Sequence record: AP018399.1
DNA length: 64,000 bases
Reading direction: 5' to 3' (one strand)
Shown here: one piece after another, positions 20,301 through 30,480 of the stretch
How positions within the stretch are numbered: position 1 is the first letter of the stretch
How the letters are laid out: the number at the start of each line of letters is the position of its first letter
Translations under genes and position numbers: made by a program
Notes under the pieces: model-generated
Seen by the model: the letters and a program-made list of their open reading frames with translations, nothing else
Told to the model about the DNA's origin: nothing
Databases searched by the model: none

Positions 20301-23300
20301 GGTCTATTCAGCAAGACCGCTGGCCTGTTCTTCCTAGACGACCAAATCAATTACGGTGTTGGTGGTACAATCAAGGAACATAACGACGGCTTCGATACGC
20401 TGGTGTCGTCAATCTTCGTGAACAACGGTAATCCGACAACGATTATCAACTTCGCCAAGAACGAATACGACAATCAGGTTCGTTACGTCAAGGAACGTTA
20501 CTATCAGGAAGCCGCTGACCTGTTCAGCAACACGGCTCTAAATGTTTCAGACCTACAGGCTGCTATCACAGAGTCCCTAATTAATTCAGTTGAAAACAAC
20601 GGCAAGTTTGACCAGTGGTTCGGCGATACGACCTCGTATGACGCCGCCACGGCCCTTGGCGTTCGTAATTGGATTGCTACGCTACCTCAGTTCGGCCTAC
20701 AGCCTCGTTCGGTACCGTTCAGCGTTCAGGATAGCTCGCTAGGAATGTACGAAGTTCATTGCCATGACGGCCACGTTACCAACGTCGCCTTCAACCCGGC
20801 AATGACTGAACAGCTAGTCCGTCGCATCACAGCCAACAATCCGTCAATCTCTCAGGTGGTTGCATCGGAAGCTGTGCCATTCCCAACCGACTATGAAGGT
20901 AACCCGCTATCGACTGGCATCTACCTAATCCGTACCAACACAACCGCTCGTACCCGTAAGCTATATCGCTTCGGTGGCGCTGCTGTGTGGGAATTGGTGG
21001 ACGTGAACGCCATCTTCGCAAACACCATCCTAGAAATCGAAAACCGTCTATACGCGGTTGCTCCGGAAGTGTTCGATGCTCGCTACGACTTTACTGACGT
21101 TGAAGCTGACCCAGCATTCGAAGACTTGATGGAAGTTCAGTTCCTAGAATACACACGTCTGGAAGGTATCAGCACACCGCTGAACAACAGCGACCGCTTC
21201 CGCCAGAACAACCCATTCACTTGGAATTACTACTACTCACCAATCCAGAACGACCCGCTAACCGGCCTAGTGTCTTATAACACTGCTGGTACATGGCAGG
21301 CTCTATACGAAAACGTGTTCGGTACGGCGTACCCGCACCTAGAACCGTGGGTTCTACAGGGCTATGACAACAAGCCATCATGGTGGGATGCTCAGTACGC
21401 CGACACAACCGGCTCACGTCGCTGGACTCTAACGATGTGGAGCAACGTGTTCGACGGCATCATTCCAGTTGGACAGACTGCACCGAACGGTAATCCGGGT
21501 ACGGGTACTGTCGGCCAGATTACCAACCGCTTCTCATACCTACCGGTCAACACCGGTTCGGTAGAGACTGATGATGGTTACGGTCTGGACGCAATCCTAC
21601 CACCATACTGGAACACCGTGAACACAACCGACGCTCGCATCCGTGGTCTATATGACCCGAATGCTGGTGAGTTGGTGACGACTCCGCAGTTGAACTTCGA
21701 ATTCGGCCAGAACGGTCTAGTTGAGTGGGAATGGCGTCAGTCGCTATCCTACCTATACGACCGCATGGTTGTTGCTTATAAGATTGACCCGATGCGTTTC
21801 ATGCATGAAACGTTTGGTATCGACTACCAGATTGTTTCGTGTCTACAGATTTCGAAGGAATCGGAGAAGGTGTTCTCACATAAGGACACCATCTTCCACG
21901 GTGACTTCATCGACGCGACGAACAACATCTACAAGGCTTACGGTCTAAATCAGTGGTACGTCCACTACCAGCGCTACAGCGGATTTGACGGTATCTCGTC
22001 AGAGTTCCGTTCGCTATGGAAGGATTGGGATACTGACCTAGCGTACCTAGTTGGTGCGTTCCTAGACACCCCAAGCTTCTCAATCGAATCAGATTTCTTC
22101 GACATTACAACGAAGGACTACGAAATCGCTGTTAAGAAGACCAAGGGTATTGCGGACGAATGGCTAACATCGTTGACTGCGACCGTTCTAAACGTTCCAT
22201 CACCGTATGCGAAGCTTCGTGACCAAGGTATCGGCTGGACCGTGGAAATCAGTGACAATTGTCCGGTTGCCCGTCCTATCCAGTACCACCCAACTCAGAA
22301 CTACTCGGTCAACGTCAACACGTCAGGCCAGCCGTTCCGCATCTTCTCGTACCCGCTAAAGGGTATTGAGCTAGTACCGGCTCGTGGCTTCCAGACTGTT
22401 ACGTACAATTCGCCAGTGGCAATGTCGTCTTCGACCGGCCTAAACCCGGCTACGACGTACACATTTGAAGTGGAATTCAACCAGACCACCCTAGCCAACG
22501 CTACGGTGCTAGGTTCGGATGCCCAGACATTTGGTGACCTGTTCAACGTTCTAGCTGACCAGATTGGTACGGCCGGTTCGTTCGGTATCGAAAACGGTAA
22601 CGTTGTTGTGTATAGCGCTTCGAACGCTCCTACATCGTCAGTGGTCATCACAGACAACACCGTGTTCGCAGCGACAAGTGGCTTCGTACAGCTAGAAACC
22701 CCAGCGTCAACTCCTAATAAGTTTGACGGTGCATTCCGCATTGAAGGTAACTTCTACAGTACGTTCGTTGACGCTGGTCAGATTACCATCACATATTCAA
22801 CGCTGTTCAACGGTACCTACACAATCGACCGTGTGTACTACGATGCGACGACCTACCAGACCTTGATTTTCGTCAAGGAAAACGTAACTCTACCATCGAC
22901 AGGTTCGGTGCTAGTGGATGGTCTACTTGAGCCATTGAACGCCAAGACCCTACCACCAGAGTGGACGACTGGTACGGAAGTGTACTTCAACACAACCGGC
23001 TACCTACCAAACAACTTCGATGACGAAGTTCCATACTACGTCATCCGTTTGAGTGACCGTGAGTTCCGCGTGGCGGAAACCAAGGATGCTGCGTTGAAGG
23101 GTGTCTACGTGACACCGACCAGCAACGCTTTGGGTGAAGTATTCATCGGCAAGATTCTAATGACGTTCCAAGCCCTAGGCGGTCAGTTGACTACCTACAA
23201 CTGGCGTCACCATGCCGTGGACTACCGTTACGTCGATAGCTCAAGCAGCAACTTGATGATTTCAGGTATCCAGCAGGTTGTCGATTTCCTAACCGGCTAT

Positions 23301-26300
23301 GATGCTTATACTCAGACCAACGGCTTCCGTTACCGTAACATCAACGGTGAGAACTACGACGCCACAACTGGATTGAACAACAACTGGCAGACTGTAACCG
23401 AGAAGTTCATCAACTGGCTATATGCCCTACGTAACTTCCAGCAGGAAACCATGCTGTCTTATAAGGTCACTGGCAATGCGTCAAACGACTCGCTAGTGAT
23501 GCTAAACGGCACGGTTCCAAACTGGCAAAACGGTACACCGGTCATCTTGTTGGATGATGCTAACTCAACGCTACCAGCAGAGTTCAACAACCCGCTATCG
23601 TCAATCATCCCTTACTACGTAATTCGTGTACAGGGAAGCCTAACTGAGTTCAAGCTAGCCGCTACGGCGTATGATGCTGCGCGTGGTAATGCCATCCCAA
23701 TGACCGACAGCGGCGTTGGTGCATTCCGTGTGCAGGTTTACAAGGCCGTGTCTCAGTACCCAACTTACGAGTTGAACCCATTCAAGCATTACATTTGGGT
23801 TCACCATGAGCAGGGTGTCCTATCGAACGTGTTGGACGATGACTACACTGACCCAACCAGCGCAGCCCGTCTATACGATAACAACGGTATCGAATTGACC
23901 ACGGCCAACGTACTTGTGTTCCGTGAAGACAAGGAAAGTCGTATCTCCCTAACCGAAGATACGATTGCCCAGAACCGTCTAGCCGAAGAGCAGAACAAGC
24001 CGACAATGCATATGTCGGGTATGCACCTGTTCTTCGACGGCTACGAACACATGATTCGTTTCAACGATTACTCGGTTGACAATTCGCTAATCTACGACTC
24101 GTTCCTAGGCTTGAACACTCCACGCTTCTACGTGGAATTCGACCGTCAGCAAGACTTCACCCTACGTCCTAACGTGGGTGGTTTCTACATGCTAGGCGAA
24201 AGCTTGGTTCAGAACTTCGAATCGACAGTCAACGACATGCGTTACTACTACGACAGCGTGAAGGCACCGGAAGGTCGCGTCACAACTGACCTAGTTCGCA
24301 AGTCGCTTGGCTACGATGGTCCGAAGGACTACATGAGCGACCTAAAGATTAACCCGAAGACACAGTTCCAGTTCTGGCAGGCTATGATTCAGAACAAGGG
24401 TACGAACCGTGCGGTCCGTGCTTTCACGAACCAGTCAATCTTCGACTCCGCTGTGGTTGACGAATTCTGGGCTTATAAGCTGGCTGAATTCGGTGACAAC
24501 AAGGAACGTAATTACATTGAAATGAAGCTCTTCCCATCTGACGTGGTGAAGAACGACCTACGTATCGAATTCATTGCTCCTGAGAATGCTGCCATCGACA
24601 GCACCTTCACTGGTGTTGAACTAACGGACATGAACCGTTGGTGGGACCAGCCAGACCAGATTGAAGCAATGCGTCCATACGAAGCGTTCTTCTTCAACAC
24701 GAAGGTGAGCAGCATCATCGACAACATCGCGTCGGTTGTCCAGCGTATTGACAACCGTATCATTTACGTATTCAACGATTTTGTTGATAGCGTGGTGATG
24801 ACGTACTTCGACCCAACTACTCAGACAACCAAGGTGTTGAACGAGGGCGTTGAGTATCGCTTCCTAAACTCAAAGGTAATTGAGTTCCTAATCGAACCGG
24901 GCGTTCTACCGCCGATTACTGCCAGCACGTTGTCTTACGACTACGACGCCCAGAATCCGGCCAAGCTAATCGACAAGGACGCTGGTATTGTCCTAGCTAC
25001 TGTTCCATTCTGGCACCCGGCTATCGGCCAATACTACAACGTACCGTACTACGCTGTTGACCTACGTCGTCCAACCGACCCGGCAATCTACACGACTTCG
25101 CTAGATGGTGGTAACACCGGTAGCGCAACGTGGAAGAAGAACCATGTCGGAACCGTGTGGATGGATAGCAGCATCGAACAGTACCTACCGTACTTCGACA
25201 AGACTGTATACCCAGCTATCAACGACCGTATCAACAAGTGGGGTAAGCTAGCTGATTGGGCTGATATCAACCTGTACCAGTGGACCGAATCTACCGTCCC
25301 ACCGGAATCATATGATGAATTGGCACGTCGCCAGTCATTCGATATGTCCATTCCGGACGAAGACAAGGCAACTGGTGAAACCTACAAGTTGCTATACCAG
25401 AACGTCAACTACGATAGCCCGGACGATGTGGACGCACCGCCATTCTGGATTCAGATTCAGGATACACACTACGACTTCATCGCTGGTCTAAGCTCACAGG
25501 GCATGGATACAACGTTGGCTGGTAAGAAGGCCGAAATCTTCATCAACGGTAAATTCCTAGAAGCAATCACGTTTGAAGACGCTCAGGCTGTACACGCTTA
25601 CTTCGCACAGTTCAACTTCGGTGACTACTGTCACGCGATTGTTCGTGCCCATGTTCCGACCGCTGACGAAATTCAGGCCGGTGCGTATGCGTACTACACA
25701 CCACACAGCATCGAAAAGCGTTTCGATGTGAAGTCGGGTACGACATACAATGTCTACTACTATTGGGTCAAGGACAAGAAGCAGCCGGTATCACCATTGG
25801 CTACCAGCGTTTCTCTATACTCGGCCAAGAAGCAGCTTGTCGATATGTCCGACCCGTACATGATTCTACAGGGTGTACGTACTCCGGACTTCGGTTACGG
25901 CCTAATCTTCGGTCACGTATTCGATGAATTCGCTTACAATCTACCTTACCGCTACACCCAGATGATTGCCAAGGGTCTACATGGCACAGTGAAGGACAAC
26001 AACCGCACGGTTATGCGTTTCACTCGTGACTTCACCCTACGCGACAAGCTGGACAAGGACAGCATCACTCCGAAGAACAAGCATGAAGAGTGGAAGCTAT
26101 TCCGTGAGCAGCAGCTAGAGAAGGTTGACCGCTACCTATGGAACAAGGTGACTGAGGCTCTAATCGGCTTCAAGTTGAACCTAGACGCTACAGCAGCGAC
26201 CGATGAGGCCATCCCATCGTTGAACCGAATCCTATTCGACCGTATCTACCAAGCTGATACTCAGTACGGTATGGGCGACGAACAGGTATTCACCAACAAG

Positions 26301-27311
26301 GACTTGTCACGCCAGACCATCCTAGCGGTCCTAACCGACCCTAACCGTGAGTTTGAATACGTAAACATCGAAGAGTTCCTAGCACGCCATGACTTCCTAA
26401 CACCGGAAGATATCATCGCTGCCATGAATGAAATCTACTTGAACTTCTCAGTGTCAGAAGTCAACACGATTTTCTTCGCGGTCCTACACGATGCTATGAG
26501 CTTGAAGATGGAACATTCTGAAATCTTTAAGACTTCGTGGGTTGCTCTACAGATTTCGCAGAATGTCGTACCGTCGATTCCGATGCCATATGACGAGCTA
26601 CGTCTAGTTCCGGGTCCAGACTGTGCGGCTCCACCGCCGTCACCGTCTCCGACACCAACACCGACAACTACGCCGCAGCTAAGCCCAACACCTACTCCGA
26701 CACCGGACACCTGTGGCAACGGTCCAGATGACCGTATCCTTGAAGATGGTGAGGGACGTATCACGGAAGACGGTCAGTGCCGTATCGTTGAACCGTATGT
26801 GCCAGAGCCTACTCCGACACCTACACCAACACCTACACCGATTCCTCAGTGTGGCGATGGCGACGATGACCGTGTAACAGAAGACGGTGAAGGTCGCATC
26901 ACCGAAGATGGTGAGTGTCGCATTGTGGAACCAGTGGTTAATAATCGCCAGATTGTAGGTACGATGTATGTCTATGACATGGGAGAAGGTGGTCAAAATC
27001 TATGGATAGCAACCACCGAAGGCTATTGTGGTCCAGAGGTTATTACATCACTGGAAGCCGTGGGGGACTATGTAACCGTTGACCCTATCAATGACACATG
27101 GGATTGTCCAGTTACCGACCAAGAGTTCAATGACCCGGTTACATACTCAATCATTCTAGGACCAGAAGTTCCGGAAGGAAATGGTAATTGGGTGGCAAAT
27201 ACGGGCGCATTGAGCGGTTACAGCCCATCGTCTCGTCAATATGTAATGGAATTGATTGTGAATGGAACTGACACAATTTATGTGTGGATGGTAATTTCCG
27301 AGGGTGTATGA
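17370..27311 (+). CDS. Giant baseplate wedge/structural protein (gp7-like position), 3313 aa, C-terminal Pro/Thr tracts
   Basis: Uninterrupted ORF after gp6; GTG start with AGGA RBS and TAAATA at 17335-17340. Confidence 0.7.
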   Translation: MADNNSDYKKTNFNLNDFLPETNKGEFLDSLNKNLFNRYLTKDEFDHIVGIIGDADPNDKVTKPIKERTAFRQDNQLQPVVTEKIGSVNHFMGFEDFMTRIGRTGVDTEKFDQWGNALQFNWVPPIDLDKIVNYRDYYWNSTANPDHAIPQYIVIKSQKNWTAARYVQALKTIVDITGVVPVESFDIPTQKLMLPGNVASSYVAGNHLVLSQADGSLQLVTIASATYNFASTKTEIATVESFTLSSAANLSVYISPVELPVVSISGENLTLNGNFTNLLIEGYVVGVNTNPARLYTVKTSTFDTVTNVTTVTLDGLTVVGFNTLSLYPALALIQAEAEFTADNDTSYPTGGWDNNNIGKIFWYRNTEILNGTQGSTSLGSNILQDLTKNYLVFGIQNTDELQINVGNKNAGKYTINSVTPTTIQTNSGQFFSASTISYRVIRPFSFESISDSTPPLSPSLNQMWYNTATDTLSQWNGSTWNLVYIGISNLAKLVNDRIVTNFSNENDWSDDNEWVHTSQITEFTGMIRAQMPIIEYFPYLDMSETSYSEKVWRYRKDDALSYVDSAVGPKMIELMNFTYSGSEFTFPDVNTMQFDQKFGNFVGELEVGDEVVLSGFTQNDGIYTIATKEYYQPGPGQRYVSRITFTTPIISTTDLPMGANFGPYLTSNGDLFAGLDAKQWEFGGVQDIRASSLAPTKNPMLDVNVATGTSNGFEWILGLNSQTYSSQGNIVVEPTFFFDTSLHDLVLYDDYQEGDIRVYINGKRVYGAFEDLASWVDPDYVGGIKFINGYTVYASDIVRIELGEYAIEDIGLRAILVNTPIGNELYNLTNVRKIEQRKSESNQYPYFALRDIYGERLNLATSIFKYAESESSAINANVLKRIVTNGDGTDYTFVQELKDPATGRLYCYYDYQEVGDELQTIWKHGTYSEQYVPTKVDGAWEMPNQWYYNISHDNYTEVKLTEIFRHFKSIIDLQEQPGLFSKTAGLFFLDDQINYGVGGTIKEHNDGFDTLVSSIFVNNGNPTTIINFAKNEYDNQVRYVKERYYQEAADLFSNTALNVSDLQAAITESLINSVENNGKFDQWFGDTTSYDAATALGVRNWIATLPQFGLQPRSVPFSVQDSSLGMYEVHCHDGHVTNVAFNPAMTEQLVRRITANNPSISQVVASEAVPFPTDYEGNPLSTGIYLIRTNTTARTRKLYRFGGAAVWELVDVNAIFANTILEIENRLYAVAPEVFDARYDFTDVEADPAFEDLMEVQFLEYTRLEGISTPLNNSDRFRQNNPFTWNYYYSPIQNDPLTGLVSYNTAGTWQALYENVFGTAYPHLEPWVLQGYDNKPSWWDAQYADTTGSRRWTLTMWSNVFDGIIPVGQTAPNGNPGTGTVGQITNRFSYLPVNTGSVETDDGYGLDAILPPYWNTVNTTDARIRGLYDPNAGELVTTPQLNFEFGQNGLVEWEWRQSLSYLYDRMVVAYKIDPMRFMHETFGIDYQIVSCLQISKESEKVFSHKDTIFHGDFIDATNNIYKAYGLNQWYVHYQRYSGFDGISSEFRSLWKDWDTDLAYLVGAFLDTPSFSIESDFFDITTKDYEIAVKKTKGIADEWLTSLTATVLNVPSPYAKLRDQGIGWTVEISDNCPVARPIQYHPTQNYSVNVNTSGQPFRIFSYPLKGIELVPARGFQTVTYNSPVAMSSSTGLNPATTYTFEVEFNQTTLANATVLGSDAQTFGDLFNVLADQIGTAGSFGIENGNVVVYSASNAPTSSVVITDNTVFAATSGFVQLETPASTPNKFDGAFRIEGNFYSTFVDAGQITITYSTLFNGTYTIDRVYYDATTYQTLIFVKENVTLPSTGSVLVDGLLEPLNAKTLPPEWTTGTEVYFNTTGYLPNNFDDEVPYYVIRLSDREFRVAETKDAALKGVYVTPTSNALGEVFIGKILMTFQALGGQLTTYNWRHHAVDYRYVDSSSSNLMISGIQQVVDFLTGYDAYTQTNGFRYRNINGENYDATTGLNNNWQTVTEKFINWLYALRNFQQETMLSYKVTGNASNDSLVMLNGTVPNWQNGTPVILLDDANSTLPAEFNNPLSSIIPYYVIRVQGSLTEFKLAATAYDAARGNAIPMTDSGVGAFRVQVYKAVSQYPTYELNPFKHYIWVHHEQGVLSNVLDDDYTDPTSAARLYDNNGIELTTANVLVFREDKESRISLTEDTIAQNRLAEEQNKPTMHMSGMHLFFDGYEHMIRFNDYSVDNSLIYDSFLGLNTPRFYVEFDRQQDFTLRPNVGGFYMLGESLVQNFESTVNDMRYYYDSVKAPEGRVTTDLVRKSLGYDGPKDYMSDLKINPKTQFQFWQAMIQNKGTNRAVRAFTNQSIFDSAVVDEFWAYKLAEFGDNKERNYIEMKLFPSDVVKNDLRIEFIAPENAAIDSTFTGVELTDMNRWWDQPDQIEAMRPYEAFFFNTKVSSIIDNIASVVQRIDNRIIYVFNDFVDSVVMTYFDPTTQTTKVLNEGVEYRFLNSKVIEFLIEPGVLPPITASTLSYDYDAQNPAKLIDKDAGIVLATVPFWHPAIGQYYNVPYYAVDLRRPTDPAIYTTSLDGGNTGSATWKKNHVGTVWMDSSIEQYLPYFDKTVYPAINDRINKWGKLADWADINLYQWTESTVPPESYDELARRQSFDMSIPDEDKATGETYKLLYQNVNYDSPDDVDAPPFWIQIQDTHYDFIAGLSSQGMDTTLAGKKAEIFINGKFLEAITFEDAQAVHAYFAQFNFGDYCHAIVRAHVPTADEIQAGAYAYYTPHSIEKRFDVKSGTTYNVYYYWVKDKKQPVSPLATSVSLYSAKKQLVDMSDPYMILQGVRTPDFGYGLIFGHVFDEFAYNLPYRYTQMIAKGLHGTVKDNNRTVMRFTRDFTLRDKLDKDSITPKNKHEEWKLFREQQLEKVDRYLWNKVTEALIGFKLNLDATAATDEAIPSLNRILFDRIYQADTQYGMGDEQVFTNKDLSRQTILAVLTDPNREFEYVNIEEFLARHDFLTPEDIIAAMNEIYLNFSVSEVNTIFFAVLHDAMSLKMEHSEIFKTSWVALQISQNVVPSIPMPYDELRLVPGPDCAAPPPSPSPTPTPTTTPQLSPTPTPTPDTCGNGPDDRILEDGEGRITEDGQCRIVEPYVPEPTPTPTPTPTPIPQCGDGDDDRVTEDGEGRITEDGECRIVEPVVNNRQIVGTMYVYDMGEGGQNLWIATTEGYCGPEVITSLEAVGDYVTVDPINDTWDCPVTDQEFNDPVTYSIILGPEVPEGNGNWVANTGALSGYSPSSRQYVMELIVNGTDTIYVWMVISEGV
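26712..26933 (+). repeat. Two 28-aa Cys-flanked acidic repeats separated by a PT linker
   Basis: CGNGPDDRILEDGEGRITEDGQCRIVEP (26712-26795) and CGDGDDDRVTEDGEGRITEDGECRIVEP (26850-26933). Confidence 0.9.
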
Positions 27312-27829
27312 TTGATGTGCATGTCCTAACCATGAGGAATCATCCGCCGTATGGGCGGCGGGAGAATCTTCCTTATATTCTGGACGCACTTTCCAGAGAG
27401 CCAGTCAACGTTCATCTAGTGGACGTTGACCAAATTGGTAATGAAACTGCCATGAGAATAAAGGCTCTACAGAAGGGTACCTCAGAATGGGTCGGGTGGG
27501 TTGACCCGGATGATGAAATCATTCCGGGTGCTTACCAGATGCTACTTGACCACAAAGGTAATACGTCATTCGCATGGTCAAATGAACTTGTCAATTCATT
27601 TGACCGAAATGGAAAATTGGTAAGTACGACAGTTTACCGCGAGCCGCATCACATGATGATTATTCATCGTGATGTTCTTGACCTAGATTATCTCGCAAAA
27701 CGAGAATTCGCAACAGTCATTGGACTCCATCCTCTTATGAAGATTGGAACCCATGTAAATGAAATTGGATATGTCTGGAATCGTCATCCTGATTCCGACT
27801 GTGAAGTAGCCAAACGCCTATATAAATAA
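27308..27829 (+). CDS. Small GT-A (GT2-like) glycosyltransferase
   Basis: Beta-strand start IDVHVLT, RIKALQKGTSEWVGWVDPDDEI (DxDD motif); ATG 27308 overlaps the TGA of the giant protein. Confidence 0.65.
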   Translation: MIDVHVLTMRNHPPYGRRENLPYILDALSREPVNVHLVDVDQIGNETAMRIKALQKGTSEWVGWVDPDDEIIPGAYQMLLDHKGNTSFAWSNELVNSFDRNGKLVSTTVYREPHHMMIIHRDVLDLDYLAKREFATVIGLHPLMKIGTHVNEIGYVWNRHPDSDCEVAKRLYK

Positions 27830-27849
27830 CATCAAGGAACCCTAAAACC

Positions 27850-28563
27850 ATGTCCCAACGTATCAGTGACCTAACCCCCGTTTCAAGTATTGCCGGTGAC
27901 GAGCTAGTTGAAGTTGCCGTTCCCAATAGTGAATCTCCGACCGGATATGTAAGCCGCTCGGCAAGTACCTCCCTATTCGGTGGCGGTGGTGGACTACCAT
28001 ATCGCTTTACTTTCGAAATCAACGACGAGCCTATCGGCAGTGACCTATCATTCCAATTGTATTTGGAAAAGGGACAGTTTGATAGTACAGCATTCCGCCC
28101 AAATGCAGATTCGGACCCTGATGGTGACTGGACCCTAGCTACTGCTATCATGAATTTCAATGCTATTGCTGGCTTCCATTTCTCTTCGGAAGATAACTTC
28201 CAGTTTTACGCATTTTCACCGCTTAATTCATCGGTATGGGTAAACAAGATGGGCGGCGCTCTAGGAAGTGGTGCTGACTCGGATGCTGACCAGTTGCGTT
28301 GGGGTACATTCAATAACAGCAATGACCTATCAATTTACCAGATTCCCGATAACTACCCATCAAGCAACTACATGAATAACACTCCGGTAATTGCTCCGGT
28401 TGAAGTTTATGAAGATGGTAACTTCGGTCCGGACGGTTCTATTGTGATTCGCTTCCGCGTTGTATCTCCGTATAATGGATGGGGTACATACCCACAGACA
28501 TTCAGCCTCAAAGGATACGCCGATATTAACATGGCATTCAGCAACTTCTATCGTCCGGCATGA
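27850..28563 (+). CDS. Putative tail fibre/appendage protein
   Basis: N-terminal RISDLTPVSSIAGDELVEV fibre-type motif; exact TATAAATA at 27821-27828. Confidence 0.5.
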   Translation: MSQRISDLTPVSSIAGDELVEVAVPNSESPTGYVSRSASTSLFGGGGGLPYRFTFEINDEPIGSDLSFQLYLEKGQFDSTAFRPNADSDPDGDWTLATAIMNFNAIAGFHFSSEDNFQFYAFSPLNSSVWVNKMGGALGSGADSDADQLRWGTFNNSNDLSIYQIPDNYPSSNYMNNTPVIAPVEVYEDGNFGPDGSIVIRFRVVSPYNGWGTYPQTFSLKGYADINMAFSNFYRPA

Positions 28564-29228
28564 TTTTAAATTTTGAAGGACAGCACTCAGGGGACGTGAT
28601 TATGGCATTGCCGGTAATCACGTCCCTTCGGCTTTCCGGGGTAGACGTTAAAATTTATGTAGCCGAAGACTACAGGTATCTTCTAACAGGGCTTGGTCTG
28701 GAATATGTAAGTGAACCTATTGGCCCTAGGCTATCAACCCAAAACATTACCGGCCACGCTACTGAATTCTGGTTGGATTACTTCCGAGTAGAGCCGGTGA
28801 AGATGGACGTTCCGACTCTTCCTGCTACACCAACGGTGGTACTATCTCCGGATGCTCGTACACACGTTCGTAGATTTCCAAATGAATTCTGGGAAGCGAT
28901 TGTATGGTGGTGTAGTGACCGGAACCTGCCAGTGACGGTGATTGGTCCCAAGGATGCTGTCAAACGTAACGCATTCCTAAGCGGCCCAAACGTCACCAAC
29001 CTCACGGGTGAGCAGACGATTGAAGAAACCTACGCGACGCTGAAACATGCTCTGGCGGTCGTTACGACGGACACCGGAACATCACATCTATCCGATGCTT
29101 TGAACGATGTAACGGTCACAGCATTCCGTGTAAATAATGATGAAAAGTTTGCGCCATATTGGAATCGGAGAGTCGTGAAAGACTTATCCGGTGCGATAAA
29201 GCACCTTGAAACATTGATAAATAAGTGA
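28560..29228 (+). CDS. GT9 (heptosyltransferase-like) glycosyltransferase
   Basis: SGDVIMALP..., NLTGEQTIEETYATLKHALAVVTTDTGTSHLSDAL (D.G..H.A motif); ATGA overlap with upstream gene. Confidence 0.8.
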   Translation: MILNFEGQHSGDVIMALPVITSLRLSGVDVKIYVAEDYRYLLTGLGLEYVSEPIGPRLSTQNITGHATEFWLDYFRVEPVKMDVPTLPATPTVVLSPDARTHVRRFPNEFWEAIVWWCSDRNLPVTVIGPKDAVKRNAFLSGPNVTNLTGEQTIEETYATLKHALAVVTTDTGTSHLSDALNDVTVTAFRVNNDEKFAPYWNRRVVKDLSGAIKHLETLINK

Positions 29229-29247
29229 ACTAACCAAGGTTGAAGAA

Positions 29248-30456
29248 ATGTCGAACCCCGTAACACTAAATCTGCCAGTTCAGATTGACACTCGTGTCAT
29301 CATTTCGAACGCTGAAACTGGCGAAGTTCTGGTTGATAAGCCGAACTCAATCCACAGCCAGAACATGGCTCGTGTTCTAGCCCGTGGCCTTGCTCGTGAA
29401 GCCAACTATTACATTCGCCGCATGGCATTTGGTAACGGTGGTACATTCCGTGACGCTGCTGGTAACCTAGTCTACAACCCGCCGAATGACGGCCGTGACG
29501 GTAGCTGGGAATCTCGTTTGTATAACGAAACTTATTCCGAAATCATTGACGACTCTGACCCGCTATTCGGTGAAGACCCCGGTTCAGCCGAATCAGGTAA
29601 TATTCGTCCGGGTGGCGGTGCAATCCCGACCGACGACCCGACTGGTGCCGGTGTGGTGTCACAGGAAGTTGGTACCAAGTCCAACGTCATCTGTACTGTT
29701 TATTTGAATAACAACGAACCAATGGGTCAGGTGGATTCACACTACGACCCGGCCACGATTGCCAACCCAGACAACCGCTGCTTCCAGTTCGATGAACTTG
29801 GCCTATACAGCCCCGGCGCTCCGGCAACAGCCACTAACGGCTATTCGTCCGTAAACGTCAACGACGCGACCTCTGAGACGGCTACCACGCTGGCTCCTAA
29901 TACAACCTACCAGATTTCCATTGACGTTGACGGAATCACGTACAGCGCGATTCTGACGACTCCGGGCGGTGGTTCAGGTCCGACCAGCCAGTTCACCTAC
30001 GGTGATATCTGTGAAGGTATCAACACCGGCTCATGGATTACTGGCGGTGACCCAATCAATGACGTTGTGTACGTCTACATCACCGACCGTTCAGGTGGTA
30101 CGTACCCAACCATCATCGGCAAGCAGTCCTACGGCTTCCTACTGTTCCAGAGCAAGACCCTTGGTGCAGGCTCAAGTGTGAACCTGAACTGTTCAACTGC
30201 CAGCCCAACCAATTTCTTCAATGTTTTGACAAGTGGTTCATGTGTTAACGTGAATGTCAATCAGGAACAGGGTGAAAATGCTGGTGTTGCGAACGACCCC
30301 ACAAATCCGAGCAACGAACGCGAACGCCTCTTGACACATCTGATTTTTGACCCTATCCTTAAGTCCACATTCCGCTCATTGAAGATTGTGTACATACTAA
30401 CGGTATCAGTTCCTAAGACTACGGATAGTCAGACAGAAGTGGTAACAGGGGCATAA
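29248..30456 (+). CDS. Putative baseplate/fibre-attachment structural protein
   Basis: MAFGNGGT...RLYNETY...FDELGLY...LLTHLIFDPILKS; TAAATA at 29218-29223. Confidence 0.55.
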   Translation: MSNPVTLNLPVQIDTRVIISNAETGEVLVDKPNSIHSQNMARVLARGLAREANYYIRRMAFGNGGTFRDAAGNLVYNPPNDGRDGSWESRLYNETYSEIIDDSDPLFGEDPGSAESGNIRPGGGAIPTDDPTGAGVVSQEVGTKSNVICTVYLNNNEPMGQVDSHYDPATIANPDNRCFQFDELGLYSPGAPATATNGYSSVNVNDATSETATTLAPNTTYQISIDVDGITYSAILTTPGGGSGPTSQFTYGDICEGINTGSWITGGDPINDVVYVYITDRSGGTYPTIIGKQSYGFLLFQSKTLGAGSSVNLNCSTASPTNFFNVLTSGSCVNVNVNQEQGENAGVANDPTNPSNERERLLTHLIFDPILKSTFRSLKIVYILTVSVPKTTDSQTEVVTGA

Positions 30457-30480
30457 GGTTAGTGGTTTTTCCTTCATGCA

